Source: Candidatus Micrarchaeia archaeon
GTDB lineage: Archaea; Micrarchaeota; Micrarchaeia; Anstonellales; Anstonellaceae
DNA length: 64,000 nucleotides
Reading direction: 5' to 3'
Assembly: GCA_041650255.1 (NCBI GenBank)
Contig: JBAZLL010000001.1
Coordinates: forward strand, 100,531 to 164,530
Numbering within the stretch: the stretch's first letter is position 1; the number at the start of each line of letters is the position of its first letter. This document shows, piece by piece, positions 34,155 through 44,109 of this stretch. The position numbers and the translations under genes are program-made. The notes beneath the pieces were generated by a model. That model made no database searches. It was given only the letters and a program-made list of their open reading frames with translations, and was not told where the DNA came from.

Positions 34155-34243
34155 TCAAATCACCAATATTGTTTATGCAAACAGGTTAAATTAAACTTGC
34201 TTAAATTGAAACTCTTTTATACCCTGCCTGTTTTGCTCATCTC

Positions 34244-35152
34244 ATGGCAACAAAACAGATATTGTGCGTTGGGCATCTTGTTTACGATATCCGAGATTAT
34301 GTAAATAGCTTTCCACAGCCGGACAAATCCGTTTTCATGAGAATGCCCTCCCAGTTCGGGCCGGGCGGAAGCGCGGCAAATGTTGCGATGAATTGCGTGA
34401 AGCTTGGGCACACAGCCGGACTTATCTCAAATGTTGGCGCGGATATGCACGGAAAATTTTTAATCAACGAATTAAGAGCGCGGGGAGTAGATAAGCGGGA
34501 AGTAAAACAAATAAAATCCGGGCGCACCGGGCTCTCAATAATTTTGATTGATTCGCAAGGACAGGTAATGGTGATTGAGGACCCCGGCTGTGTTGACGCA
34601 CCGCGAAAAATTTCTCCAAAGCCATTTTCAAATTCAAACTGGGTGCACATGACCGGATGTACGCATTCATGGCTTGAGCAGGCATCCTCTTATGCACACA
34701 AAGCCGGTGTACCGCTTTCATTTGACCCCGGGCGTGCGGCGGCAAGAATGGGAATTGAGAAGCTCTCGCGCGTAATAGAGCGTGTTGATTTTCTTGTGCT
34801 TAACAGAAAGGAATTGGCGGCTCTCTCGGGCTCTGGTTCCGCGCTTGAAGTAAAAGATTTGGCACGTGAATTTAATTGCACTGTCGTGCTCAAAACCGGG
34901 CACGGACCTGCCGTTGTATCACAAGATGGAAAAAGCACTTATGAGGTCCCTCCTTTCAATGCAAAAAAAGTTGTGGACACACTGGGCGCCGGAGATGCGT
35001 TTGCATCCGGGCTTATTTGCGGTAAATTGGAGGGGCGCTCAACTTACGAGTCCGTGAAAATGGCGCACGCATGCGCGGCGGCAAAAGTTATGCACGCCGG
35101 GGCGCAGGGAATGCCCAAAAAGGCTGCGGTAAAAAAAGAATTTTCTTTTTAG
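34244..35152 (+). CDS. PfkB-family (ribokinase-like) sugar/nucleoside kinase
   Basis: GPGGSAANVA, DTLGAGDAFASG. Confidence 0.85.
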   Translation: MATKQILCVGHLVYDIRDYVNSFPQPDKSVFMRMPSQFGPGGSAANVAMNCVKLGHTAGLISNVGADMHGKFLINELRARGVDKREVKQIKSGRTGLSIILIDSQGQVMVIEDPGCVDAPRKISPKPFSNSNWVHMTGCTHSWLEQASSYAHKAGVPLSFDPGRAAARMGIEKLSRVIERVDFLVLNRKELAALSGSGSALEVKDLAREFNCTVVLKTGHGPAVVSQDGKSTYEVPPFNAKKVVDTLGAGDAFASGLICGKLEGRSTYESVKMAHACAAAKVMHAGAQGMPKKAAVKKEFSF

Positions 35153-35164
35153 CGCGTTAAGATC

Positions 35165-35362
35165 TTAACTTCCTTCGCCCTTATTGAGCTTTTTGAGAAG
35201 TATTATCATCATCAGCGTGACTATTACTCCCGCACCGATTGCATAATATTCGGGGTCAATGTTCCCGCGCAACTCGCTCCATTGCCAGTAAATAAGATAG
35301 CCCATTGCGATTGCAAGCACAATTCTTGCAATCTCGGTTAATGCCCGCATTTTAGATGACAT
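35165..35362 (-). CDS. small two-TM membrane protein
   Basis: 65 aa. IARIVLAIAMGYLIYW and YAIGAGVIVTLMMIILL. Confidence 0.4.
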   Translation of the reverse strand: MSSKMRALTEIARIVLAIAMGYLIYWQWSELRGNIDPEYYAIGAGVIVTLMMIILLKKLNKGEGS

Positions 35363-35562
35363 ACTTATCTACTTGTATGCAGGTGTTTAAATATATTGGG
35401 AAAAGCAAAATCCAAGAAAGCAAAAACAATTTGTACAAATAAAAGTTGCATTTGCCAAAATGTATTTATCTGCGTTGGAAGCCGACGGCGGTTATTCTCA
35501 TCGGATTTAAAAGGTTTACAACGTAATTGCGAATATACATTTACTCTCATCTATGTGATAAA

Positions 35563-36276
35563 ATGAGTGCACCAAAACACGAAACACCCGTTCTCTCCCT
35601 TGAGGGGGTAACAAAGAGCTACCAAATGGGCACTGTGCGAGTGGACGCATTGCGCGGAATAAATCTTCGCATAAACAAGGGCGAGCACGCATCAATCATC
35701 GGACCTTCAGGCTCGGGCAAAAGCACACTGCTTCACATACTCGGCTTGCTTGATAGGCAGACTCATGGAATGCTAAAGCTTGACGGCGTGGACGTTTCAA
35801 AACTTTCCGACGACCAGCTTTCATATTTTCGCGGCAAAAAGATCGGTTTTATTTTTCAGGCATTTCATCTCGTGCCCTCGCTCAATGCGCTTGAGAATGT
35901 TGCACTACCAATGATGTTTTATGATGTTCCGATAAAGGAGCGGGAAAAAAGGGCACAAAAAGCGCTTGAGCGCCTCGGAATGGGAGAGCGGCTTCATCAT
36001 TTGCCTTCCGAGCTTTCGGGAGGACAGAGACAAAGAGTTGCAATCGCCCGTTCGCTTGTAAATGATCCGGCGATGCTTCTTGCGGATGAGCCAACCGGAA
36101 ATTTGGATTCAAAAACGGGCGAGGAAGTGCTCAAGATATTTGATGAAATTCATGCGGAGGGCAGGACTCTTGTGGTCGTAACCCATGATCCGAACATTGC
36201 AAAAAGAAGCCATCGGGTGATAAAGTTAAAGGATGGGCTGGTAGAATCCGATAATGGCACCGGCAAAAACGAATGA
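35563..36276 (+). CDS. ABC transporter ATP-binding protein (MacB/LolD-type)
   Basis: [37 protein letters not shown]. Confidence 0.9.
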   Translation: MSAPKHETPVLSLEGVTKSYQMGTVRVDALRGINLRINKGEHASIIGPSGSGKSTLLHILGLLDRQTHGMLKLDGVDVSKLSDDQLSYFRGKKIGFIFQAFHLVPSLNALENVALPMMFYDVPIKEREKRAQKALERLGMGERLHHLPSELSGGQRQRVAIARSLVNDPAMLLADEPTGNLDSKTGEEVLKIFDEIHAEGRTLVVVTHDPNIAKRSHRVIKLKDGLVESDNGTGKNE

Positions 36277-36389
36277 GCAAATAAGACTATGAATGCGGAC
36301 AGCTGAAAATGAAAAAGAACAAAAAAAAAAAAGAAATTGAAAATGCGAACAAATGTTAATGCAAAATTGATATTCATGCGGGTGTAACT

Positions 36390-37967
36390 ATGGACGGAAA
36401 AATTACAAAAATAATGTTTTTGGCGATATTTGCGGCATTTATGCTTGCAATGCCAGTATTTGCGGACTTGTCGGTCACAAACAGTACTGTGCTCCCCTCA
36501 ACATTAAGACCTGGTGTTAAGGGTGTGGTGAGCATGACTCTCTCAAACACTGGTAGTGTGGATATACAATCTGTGCAGGTAGAAGCCGCAGGTACGGGTT
36601 ATATTTTCTCTGAAGGGCAAATCCGGCTTGGTGATTACAAGGCAGGAACCTACGGGTCCGCAACCATTCCATTTTCAGTCCCGCAAGACACTCCTGCAGG
36701 CATCTATTATCTTACAGTTCGCTTTAGCTGGATTAATGCTTCCGGCACCAGCTACAAAAACGTGCAGGTGCCAATCACCGTAACGAACCCGGCAATATTT
36801 TCCATAGATTCGCTCAATAAGTCAATTTACACAACCGGCGATTTTGAAGTAGGGGTAAAACTTTCAAACTCCGGAGGCGATGCGCGCGACATTCGTGCAT
36901 CCATAAATTCAACCCAATTTTTCCAGTCGGGTCCAAACCCGCTGACATTGGGAGATTTGCCCGCAAATAGTTCATATAATTTCCCGCTCGGAATAAGCTT
37001 AGCTTCATCTGTAACTTCCGGCACATATTCTGTTCCTATTCTCATAACATATACTGATGAGGCTAGTGCAGAAGTTGTAAGCGTTGAGAGCCTTCGTCTA
37101 AATGTAAAGCGAAAAAGCCCGACAATAGAGCTCTCGCTTGATGGTGCTCAACCATTCAATCCCGGGCACAGCTTGACCATGAAACTAAAAGTCACAAATA
37201 GCGGCACCGATACTGCTCACGACGTGCAAGTCGGAGTTGCTGGTGCAAGCGCATACAAATCAGCGACAGGTATAGATGCCTCCTCGGTAACAGACGTGCT
37301 AACTTCTTTGGGCACTCCGTTCGCAAATCTTGGAGACATTGCTCCCGACAATTACAAAATCGCGGTACTGCCCGTCGGAGTAAATGATGTGCAGGCAGGC
37401 TTTTACCGCCAATATATGTCAATAAAGTCAAAGGATGACAACGGCGATGCGAAAGCGGACGAGCTTCAGCCCCTTGGCATAAATGTTGAGGGTGTGAGCG
37501 ATGTAAGTGTTTTTGTTTCTGCAAAACCGGCGCCAATAGTTGCCGGCAGCGACAACACGCTTTCAGTTTTGGTTTCAAACATCGGCTCCAGCCCGATAAA
37601 AGCCCTCATTGTAAAAATAGATGGAAAGGATTTTGTATTGCAAGAAGCGCAGGATGAGCAATTTATCGGTGGGCTGGCAGAAGACGATTTTAGCACCGTT
37701 CAGTACAAGGTAAAAGTTGCAAACGTTCCAACCAGTGTTTCCCCCCTCAACGTTTCAATGCGATTTAAGGACAGCTACAACCGCGATTACAATCGCTCGC
37801 AAATAGTGCAACTCAAAATCTTAAGCCCGAGCGACGCGGGGGCCGGAGCACAGGGTGGCGTGGATATTTTCATGCTAATAATCGTTCTTGTGATAATCGG
37901 CGCCGCAGTGTGGCATTTCTTTTTGCGCAAGAAAGGAGCAACCACTCAAAAAGAGGCAAAGAAGTAA
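36390..37967 (+). CDS. secreted, C-terminally anchored surface protein with repeated beta-sandwich (S-layer/CARDB-like) domains
   Basis: Signal ..IMFLAIFAAFMLAMPVFA, repeated 'LSNTGS/VTNSGT/VSNIGS' strands, C-terminal TM FMLIIVLVIIGAAVWHFF. Confidence 0.6.
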   Translation: MDGKITKIMFLAIFAAFMLAMPVFADLSVTNSTVLPSTLRPGVKGVVSMTLSNTGSVDIQSVQVEAAGTGYIFSEGQIRLGDYKAGTYGSATIPFSVPQDTPAGIYYLTVRFSWINASGTSYKNVQVPITVTNPAIFSIDSLNKSIYTTGDFEVGVKLSNSGGDARDIRASINSTQFFQSGPNPLTLGDLPANSSYNFPLGISLASSVTSGTYSVPILITYTDEASAEVVSVESLRLNVKRKSPTIELSLDGAQPFNPGHSLTMKLKVTNSGTDTAHDVQVGVAGASAYKSATGIDASSVTDVLTSLGTPFANLGDIAPDNYKIAVLPVGVNDVQAGFYRQYMSIKSKDDNGDAKADELQPLGINVEGVSDVSVFVSAKPAPIVAGSDNTLSVLVSNIGSSPIKALIVKIDGKDFVLQEAQDEQFIGGLAEDDFSTVQYKVKVANVPTSVSPLNVSMRFKDSYNRDYNRSQIVQLKILSPSDAGAGAQGGVDIFMLIIVLVIIGAAVWHFFLRKKGATTQKEAKK

Positions 37968-37982
37968 GGAGGGCTTTTTCCA

Positions 37983-39194
37983 ATGGCCAATTTTTTGGAC
38001 CTGCTCTCCTATGCAATGCGCTCGCTTTCGCATAGAAAGCTGCGCTCTTATCTGACAGTGCTTGGCATTGTAATAGGAGTCGCCTCCGTAGTCGCGCTCA
38101 TATCCATTAGCGACGGGCTTTACGCAAACGTGCAGGACCAACTCGGGTCTTTCGGAGCGAGAAATGCGGTAATTGTTGCAGGCGGAACTCAGGGTTTTTC
38201 TGGAGGAGGTTATTCCTCTCCAAAGAATGGCAAGCTCTTTGAGAACGATTATAATAAAGTGAAATCAATGTCCGGAGTAATTGATATATCAAAATCTCTT
38301 TCCACGCGTGCACTTTTGGAATTTAAAACCGAAAATATCAGTGTATCTGTCAGCGGAATAGAACCAAGCGCTTATGAAAAATTATATACTGTGAATATAT
38401 CCTCCGGACGATTTTTGAGTGATAATGACCGAGGGGTGGCAATAGTCGGCTCAAGCTATGCCGACAAATCCATTTTCAAGAAAAACACAATGAGTGTGGG
38501 CTCCGTCTTCTACCTGGGAGAGGGCAAAAAAAAGTTCAAGGTAATCGGATTGCTTGACCCTTCAAGTTCGTATTCAAAAAATTCAGTGGTTATTCCTTTT
38601 GACGATGCAAAAGAGCTTGCCGGGGATACAATTGCAGACAAGGAGCTTTCCTCAATAACTTTCAAAGTTGCGGAAGGCTTTGATGTTGATGAAGTTGTTT
38701 CAAACGTGGAATCCAACTTGGCGGCATATCATCGCAAAAAAGTGGATGACAAAGATTTTACAATTGTAACCTCCAAATACATTCTTGAGCAGGTTGGGCA
38801 AATAATCGGAATACTTACTGCGTTTCTTGGATTTATCACCGGCGTCTCACTGGTAGTGGGCGGAGTCGGTGTTGCAAACACGATGTACATGACTGTTCTT
38901 GAAAAGACAAAGGAAATAGGCACCCTAAAAGCAATTGGTGCGACGAGTAGCACCATAATGCAACTCGTAATTCTTGAGAGTGCGATTATCGGGCTTGTCG
39001 GCGGGGTTATTGGCGTGGGTGTCGGCTGGCTTATCTCCCTTATTGTAACATATCTTGGTTTCAAGACGTTGGTCACTCCCTATATCGTGCTCTTTGTACT
39101 GATTTTCTCAATAGTTGTCGGAATATTATCCGGCTTTTTCCCGGCAAAAAAGGCAGCCAAATTATCCCCTGTGGAGGCAATGAACTACGGTTGA
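37983..39194 (+). CDS. ABC transporter permease, FtsX/MacB family
   Basis: N-terminal TM, large periplasmic-type loop, and C-terminal FtsX module (TKEIGTLKAIGATSSTIMQLVILES). Confidence 0.85.
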   Translation: MANFLDLLSYAMRSLSHRKLRSYLTVLGIVIGVASVVALISISDGLYANVQDQLGSFGARNAVIVAGGTQGFSGGGYSSPKNGKLFENDYNKVKSMSGVIDISKSLSTRALLEFKTENISVSVSGIEPSAYEKLYTVNISSGRFLSDNDRGVAIVGSSYADKSIFKKNTMSVGSVFYLGEGKKKFKVIGLLDPSSSYSKNSVVIPFDDAKELAGDTIADKELSSITFKVAEGFDVDEVVSNVESNLAAYHRKKVDDKDFTIVTSKYILEQVGQIIGILTAFLGFITGVSLVVGGVGVANTMYMTVLEKTKEIGTLKAIGATSSTIMQLVILESAIIGLVGGVIGVGVGWLISLIVTYLGFKTLVTPYIVLFVLIFSIVVGILSGFFPAKKAAKLSPVEAMNYG

Positions 39195-39198
39195 TAAT

Positions 39199-40434
39199 AT
39201 GAAATCCGCCTCTGACATTTTCTGGTATTCTTTCAAATCGCTTTGGCACAACCGAGTGCGCTCCGCCCTAACCGTGCTTGGCATCGTGATTGGCATCGCA
39301 TCAATTGTCGCGCTAATTTCAATCAGCCAGGGGCTTTCTGCAAGCATCAACGATATTCTAATGTCTTTTGGATCCAACAACGTAATGGTGATGCCCGGGA
39401 GCCTTTCAAATCAGATGTCTGGTGGCGGAGCTCCGAATGCAAATCCAATGTCTGGTCGGCTTTTTGAAAAAGATATGGATGCGATAAAAACGGTTCCTGG
39501 GGTGCAGGATGTTTCAGGCTATATAATGAACAGCCAACAAATTTCTTTTCGGGATAGAACACTCACAATGACTATCTTCGGAGTTGATGATTCCTATTTC
39601 AAACTGTTTGGCGAGGCCACATTGCCTTTGGCGGAAGGGAGGTATTTGCGCTCATCGGACAGGGATGTAGTGGTTATAGGCGCAGACATCGCAGATGGAA
39701 AAACCCACTTTGACAGGACATTATCCGTCGGGCAGTTCGTATACATCGGAAAAGATCAGAAGAAATTTAGGGTAGTCGGCATTTTGAAAAAATTCGGCGG
39801 GGTTCGCAGTGACGACGACAATTCAATAATTATCTCATATGACGATATGCGCGACTTATCTGCCGGATTTATTGCAAAAAAAGAAGTGAACGGAATAATG
39901 TTTCGCGTGGCAGACGGCTTCAATGTATCCGAGGTCGCATCCCAAGTTGAGCTCAAGCTTGCGAATTCGCACAAAGTAAAACTTGACGACAAAGATTTCA
40001 GCATTATAACTTCCGAATCTTTAATGAAACAAACAAGCCAGATAACCGATTTACTTTCTCTCTTTTTGGGTTTTATCGCATCCATTTCACTTGCAGTCGG
40101 CGGAGTCGGGGTAATGAATACGATGTATATGGCCGTAATGGAGAGAACACGAGAAATCGGAACGCTAAAGGCAATCGGCGCATCAAACAATGCGATTCTC
40201 TCTTTATTTATTTTTGAGAGCGGGCTTTTAGGGCTCCTTGGAGGGCTAATCGGGCTCTTTCTCGGCTCTCTTATCTCGCTCATTGTGGTGCTTGCGGGCT
40301 TTAAGACTGCGGTGACATTGCCACTTGCACTTTTTGCACTTACCTTTTCATTCGTACTCGGGCTTGTTTCGGGTATATTGCCCGCATTGCAGGCATCAAA
40401 ATTGCCTCCGATAGAAGCGCTAAGATACGAATAG
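39199..40434 (+). CDS. ABC transporter permease, FtsX/MacB family (paralogue)
   Basis: Same architecture as the previous permease (TREIGTLKAIGASNNAILSLFIFES). Confidence 0.85.
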   Translation: MKSASDIFWYSFKSLWHNRVRSALTVLGIVIGIASIVALISISQGLSASINDILMSFGSNNVMVMPGSLSNQMSGGGAPNANPMSGRLFEKDMDAIKTVPGVQDVSGYIMNSQQISFRDRTLTMTIFGVDDSYFKLFGEATLPLAEGRYLRSSDRDVVVIGADIADGKTHFDRTLSVGQFVYIGKDQKKFRVVGILKKFGGVRSDDDNSIIISYDDMRDLSAGFIAKKEVNGIMFRVADGFNVSEVASQVELKLANSHKVKLDDKDFSIITSESLMKQTSQITDLLSLFLGFIASISLAVGGVGVMNTMYMAVMERTREIGTLKAIGASNNAILSLFIFESGLLGLLGGLIGLFLGSLISLIVVLAGFKTAVTLPLALFALTFSFVLGLVSGILPALQASKLPPIEALRYE

Positions 40435-40504
40435 GCAAACAAAAAAATTGCAAATAAGCAAACAAAAAAAAAATAAATAAAAAATTAGAAATTAGTTTTT
40501 AGTT

Positions 40505-40789
40505 TTAGTATTTTGCAATCTTTGCTTCCCAAATATATTTTCCCATTCCCGACGGGCTTATCTCCACGTTTATTCCAAGCCTGTTCTGCGCAAGAAATTC
40601 TTTTGTTTTGGCTATTCCTTCATCGCTAATCTCTTCATTGTTTTGCCACATGCAGGACTTTCGCACATTTATACAGTCAGCCAAAAGCTCCGAATCAAGA
40701 TTGGACATTCCAAAAGAGCGCAGTGTTTGCAACACCTGCCCCGCGCCAAGTTTGTTTGGGTTTATTCCAGAATTATTTTGCATATCCAT
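40505..40789 (-). CDS. hypothetical protein
   Basis: 94 aa, 13 nt downstream of the DPCK gene on the same strand. Confidence 0.4.
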   Translation of the reverse strand: MDMQNNSGINPNKLGAGQVLQTLRSFGMSNLDSELLADCINVRKSCMWQNNEEISDEGIAKTKEFLAQNRLGINVEISPSGMGKYIWEAKIAKY

Positions 40790-40802
40790 CTTATCACCTG
40801 TT

Positions 40803-41309
40803 TCAATCGGATTTTTTTACCTCTTTCATTAGCTTTTTCGCATCTTTTATTTTTTGCATATTTGCCTCAAGCCAAACCATTCCCCGTTTTGGCTGACCAT
40901 AAAGTATTATCATTCCCTCGCGTGCATTTGCAAGCAGTACAAGCGCCGCCAAATCTTCTTCGCCATCAATTTCAATTACACTCTGCCCTTTTTGCAGGCA
41001 TTTTTTTATTGTTGCCTCAAGCTCTTTTGTTATTTTGCCGGCAGGGTTTTTTATTTTGTGCACATTTTTTTCAATTGCAAACTCTTCAAACTTTTGCTTC
41101 CATTCAATCGGTATGCTTTTTCTCATGCATCTATTGTCATATATTGCGATTTGCGGCTCTACCCCAAGGCAGAGCATTTTATGCAGGCTTTCATCCCCGA
41201 CGATTGACAAATGCAAATTTTTTTGTGCTTCAAGCCTTTTTATCACACTGTTTGCATCTGTAAGCTCTCCAAACGGGCAGGCAAGCTTTTCTCGCAATTT
41301 TTTATCCAT
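40803..41309 (-). CDS. GTP-dependent dephospho-CoA kinase (DUF359 family)
   Basis: IVGDESL, IAIYDNRCMRK, NPAGKITKEL, IDGEEDLAALVLL, ILYGQPKRGMV. Confidence 0.7.
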   Translation of the reverse strand: MDKKLREKLACPFGELTDANSVIKRLEAQKNLHLSIVGDESLHKMLCLGVEPQIAIYDNRCMRKSIPIEWKQKFEEFAIEKNVHKIKNPAGKITKELEATIKKCLQKGQSVIEIDGEEDLAALVLLANAREGMIILYGQPKRGMVWLEANMQKIKDAKKLMKEVKKSD

Positions 41310-41318
41310 CGTACGCCC

Positions 41319-42779
41319 TCACTTTGGTGCCGGCGGGCGGGGCGGCTCTTTTTTTGGCACGGCATCTGAAAGGTTTTTCGCTTGCGTGCCGCTTGGTGTG
41401 TTCGTGAATCCCTTTTCCTTGTAAGAATATTCGGTGGACTGTTTTTCCTGTTTTAGCGGTCTCTCGCTCGGAGCCTTTCTTGTCATGAAATACCAATACA
41501 CCAATGCCGCGATTGCCGCAACTATGAGAACAATCGGTGCAAGCGCCCCTATGTCTATAGCAAAATATTCGCTTATTGGCTTTGTCGGCGGCTCCTGTGT
41601 AGTCTGGTCCATCGCCTGTTTGTCAACTGTCGGTATCACAAATGTGTTTGTGTCGGTGGCAGTGTTTCCGTCCGCATCTGTTGCCTGCACGGTGTATCTT
41701 ATTGTTCCAAGGTCTCCTTCAACCGGAATTATCCCCTCAAAAAGATTGTATCCAACAAGATACATCGGCAATCTTTTTTGCACCTTGTCGGGTCCGATAA
41801 AGAACAAATCAACGGATGCGTTTGCCTGTGCAAGCCCGCTTGCGTATTTTCCGCCGTCTTCAATGACTGCGCGCACCTGCAAATTCTTTTCTTTCCATTG
41901 CGGGCTGACTTCCTTTATGATTGGAGGGCGGCTGTCAAATATCACTGTCTCCATCTTTGTGGAATCCAAATTCACCTGCACGGATTTTTTATATATTCCA
42001 TAAGTTGCTTTTATCACAATATCCGGCTTTGTAATATTTGTAAAATTTGCCCAGCCCGCGTCAATGCTTTTTTTTGTCTGCGAGCCGACATTTATCTGCG
42101 CAGGCACGGGGTTGCCTTCATCATCAACCGCCCGCACAGATAACGAGTAGAGCTTGATGCTCACATTGATTATCGAATCATTTTTTATGTTAAAGTTTTG
42201 CTCGTCGCTTATGTCTAAAAATACGGGCTTTACACTGTGTGCTCCCGTATCAAGCTCCAAATACGCATATCCGTTTTTGTCAGTGGTTATATCATATGTG
42301 TCGTCCACCAACAGATTTATTGAAACCGGCTTTTTTTCGTTGTCTTTTGCTATGAATATTGCTTCGTAAACCTGCAAATTCAGTGTGCGCGGCAGTGAAT
42401 CCTTGCCAAATGTGAAAACCTTGTTCGCGGTTGCCTTGCCATATTTTGCATATACTGTGTAATCAAAATTCGTATCGTTTTTGTTGAACTCGGTGTTGGT
42501 GAGCATGAATGTTGCCCGTCCGTTTTCATCAGTGAATTGGTGCTTTGTTTCCGAGAGCCCTTTGCTCTTTGAAATTTCCCATGTGATGTATACTTCGGCA
42601 TTTGGCAAAACCCTTCCCATCCCATCAAGCACTCGGACCTGGGTGTATTCTCCCCATCCGCCGACCGTGCTGGTGTTTGTCGCTTTTGTCAACTCAATCG
42701 GAGTTATTTTTGCAAAAGCGGGCTGTGTAAGCATAAGCGCAAATAGCATCAGTACAGATGCGAAAACAATTTTTTTCAT
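41319..42779 (-). CDS. secreted, C-terminally anchored protein with carboxypeptidase-regulatory-like beta-sandwich repeats
   Basis: Signal MKKIVFASVLMLFALMLTQPAFA, motifs such as TDENGRATF and TDKNGYAYL, TM LAPIVLIVAAIAALVYWYF. Confidence 0.6.
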   Translation of the reverse strand: MKKIVFASVLMLFALMLTQPAFAKITPIELTKATNTSTVGGWGEYTQVRVLDGMGRVLPNAEVYITWEISKSKGLSETKHQFTDENGRATFMLTNTEFNKNDTNFDYTVYAKYGKATANKVFTFGKDSLPRTLNLQVYEAIFIAKDNEKKPVSINLLVDDTYDITTDKNGYAYLELDTGAHSVKPVFLDISDEQNFNIKNDSIINVSIKLYSLSVRAVDDEGNPVPAQINVGSQTKKSIDAGWANFTNITKPDIVIKATYGIYKKSVQVNLDSTKMETVIFDSRPPIIKEVSPQWKEKNLQVRAVIEDGGKYASGLAQANASVDLFFIGPDKVQKRLPMYLVGYNLFEGIIPVEGDLGTIRYTVQATDADGNTATDTNTFVIPTVDKQAMDQTTQEPPTKPISEYFAIDIGALAPIVLIVAAIAALVYWYFMTRKAPSERPLKQEKQSTEYSYKEKGFTNTPSGTQAKNLSDAVPKKEPPRPPAPK

Positions 42780-42871
42780 GGGTGCATATTCTCTGATACA
42801 TTTTATAAAAACAGGCGCCCGAAAATTTGGCAAATTAATTTCTGCCTTCGGCTAAAAGGAGTAAAAATTGT

Positions 42872-42984
42872 GTCAGCAACAACCAGCCTTCCCGCGAGAT
42901 CGCAGTAACGGCGCGGTCGTGAACAAGCTTAACTGCCGAGTTCGAGATGGGTTCGGGTGTTTCCTTGTTCCTATGGCCGCTGAC
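42872..42984 (-). rRNA. 5S rRNA (stand-alone)
   Basis: Minus strand reads GTCAGCGGCCATAGGAACAAGGAAACACCCGAACCCATCTCGAACTCGGCAGTTAAGC...GGTTGTTGCTGAC. The termini pair. End coordinates are +/- a few nt. Confidence 0.9.
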
Positions 42985-43057
42985 GTATATTATAATGTAA
43001 AAAAGAGTTTAAAAAGAGATAGCTTTGGAGTTTAATTCAGGAGTTTATCTCCCGAAT

Positions 43058-43525
43058 CTATTTCTCATCCTCTGCCGCAGTAAACGCATCCATCGTCCTG
43101 TTCCATGCAAATATTTCCTTCGCATCAAAGAAGCGTTTTACTTCTTTTTCGGCAGTCTCAAGTGAATCTGATGCGTGTATTACATTAAATTGAGTGGAGA
43201 GCGAAAAATCTCCTCTAATGGTTCCGCTCATCGCCTTTCTTGCATTGGTAGGTCCGCACATGTCGCGCACCACCTGCACCGCATCCACTCCGCCGACAAC
43301 CATTGCAACCACCGGTGCGGAAGTCATGAATTTCACAAGCTTTGGATAAAACGGCTTGTCGGTAAGATGCGCATAATGCTCGGCGCACTTTTTCTCGTCA
43401 AGTTTTATCATCTTAATAGCGCTAAGATGAAGTCCGCGAGTTTCAAACCTTGACGTTATTTGCCCGATAATTCCTCTTTGCAGGGCGTCCGGCTTTAGTA
43501 AAATCAGTGTTTTTTGAATTGTCAT
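43058..43525 (-). CDS. ndk: nucleoside diphosphate kinase
   Basis: TLILLKPDALQRGIIG, NVIHASDSLETAEKE. Confidence 0.95.
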   Translation of the reverse strand: MTIQKTLILLKPDALQRGIIGQITSRFETRGLHLSAIKMIKLDEKKCAEHYAHLTDKPFYPKLVKFMTSAPVVAMVVGGVDAVQVVRDMCGPTNARKAMSGTIRGDFSLSTQFNVIHASDSLETAEKEVKRFFDAKEIFAWNRTMDAFTAAEDEK

Positions 43526-43605
43526 ATTCTCACCTTCGTTGAATTAAGCTATTGAGTATAAAGATGAAAAATAGAAAATAAAAAGGGGATGCATTAAAAA
43601 AAGGC

Positions 43606-43884
43606 CTATTTCTTTGCTTCGGTGCCCTTCTTTTCTGCCAATTTCTTCTCTATGTCCTTTGCAAGGGCAGACTCTTTCTTCTCCTCTTTTTTCTTATCGG
43701 TTGTAAGAGAGAAAGTTTTCTTTGTCCATTTCACATTTCTGCCGTCGCGTTTGAGATCAAGCATGTTCTTCATGCTTTTCGCGCTTGCAAAGTAGAGGAC
43801 AGAGCCGTCCTTTTTGACATACATAACGCCGGTGCCTTTTGGCACTTCTTCGTTTGAAAATGAATCATAAGGCATAGAGCTCAC
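43606..43884 (-). CDS. rpl24e: ribosomal protein eL24 (L24e), Cys-free form
   Basis: [43 protein letters not shown]. Sits in the L7Ae-S28e-L24e-Ndk block. Confidence 0.8.
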   Translation of the reverse strand: MSSMPYDSFSNEEVPKGTGVMYVKKDGSVLYFASAKSMKNMLDLKRDGRNVKWTKKTFSLTTDKKKEEKKESALAKDIEKKLAEKKGTEAKK

Positions 43885-44099
43885 CGTGCTTTGATTTCCT
43901 TTGCCTCGCGTTCGGTTTCAAGGAGCAAAATTGTGTCGCCCTTTTTTATCGGGCCCTTTACATTTCGCCTAATTACTCGTCCCTTGTCTTTGCCTTCGCG
44001 GACTTTGCAGAGCACTTGGTAAACCTCGCCGTGTATGCCTGTTTTTATCGGCTTTACATCAACGATGTCTACTGCAATTGCGTCTTGTGGTACAGCCAT
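43881..44099 (-). CDS. rps28e: ribosomal protein eS28 (S28e)
   Basis: [30 protein letters not shown]. Confidence 0.9.
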   Translation of the reverse strand: MAVPQDAIAVDIVDVKPIKTGIHGEVYQVLCKVREGKDKGRVIRRNVKGPIKKGDTILLLETEREAKEIKAR

Positions 44100-44109
44100 T
44101 GGAATTCAC

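Noticed and set aside
39756-40442. 228-aa minus-strand ORF opposite the second FtsX permease, and similar antisense ORFs at 38729-39076, 41434-42003, 16243-16794 and 23130-23648.
   Set aside because: In each case the sense-strand gene has clear family motifs or a coherent signal/TM architecture. The antisense translations are compositionally biased and lack starts with an SD.
42872-42984. 5S rRNA not linked to 16S/23S genes, as a possible anomaly.
   Set aside because: Unlinked 5S genes are common in archaea, so this is not unusual.
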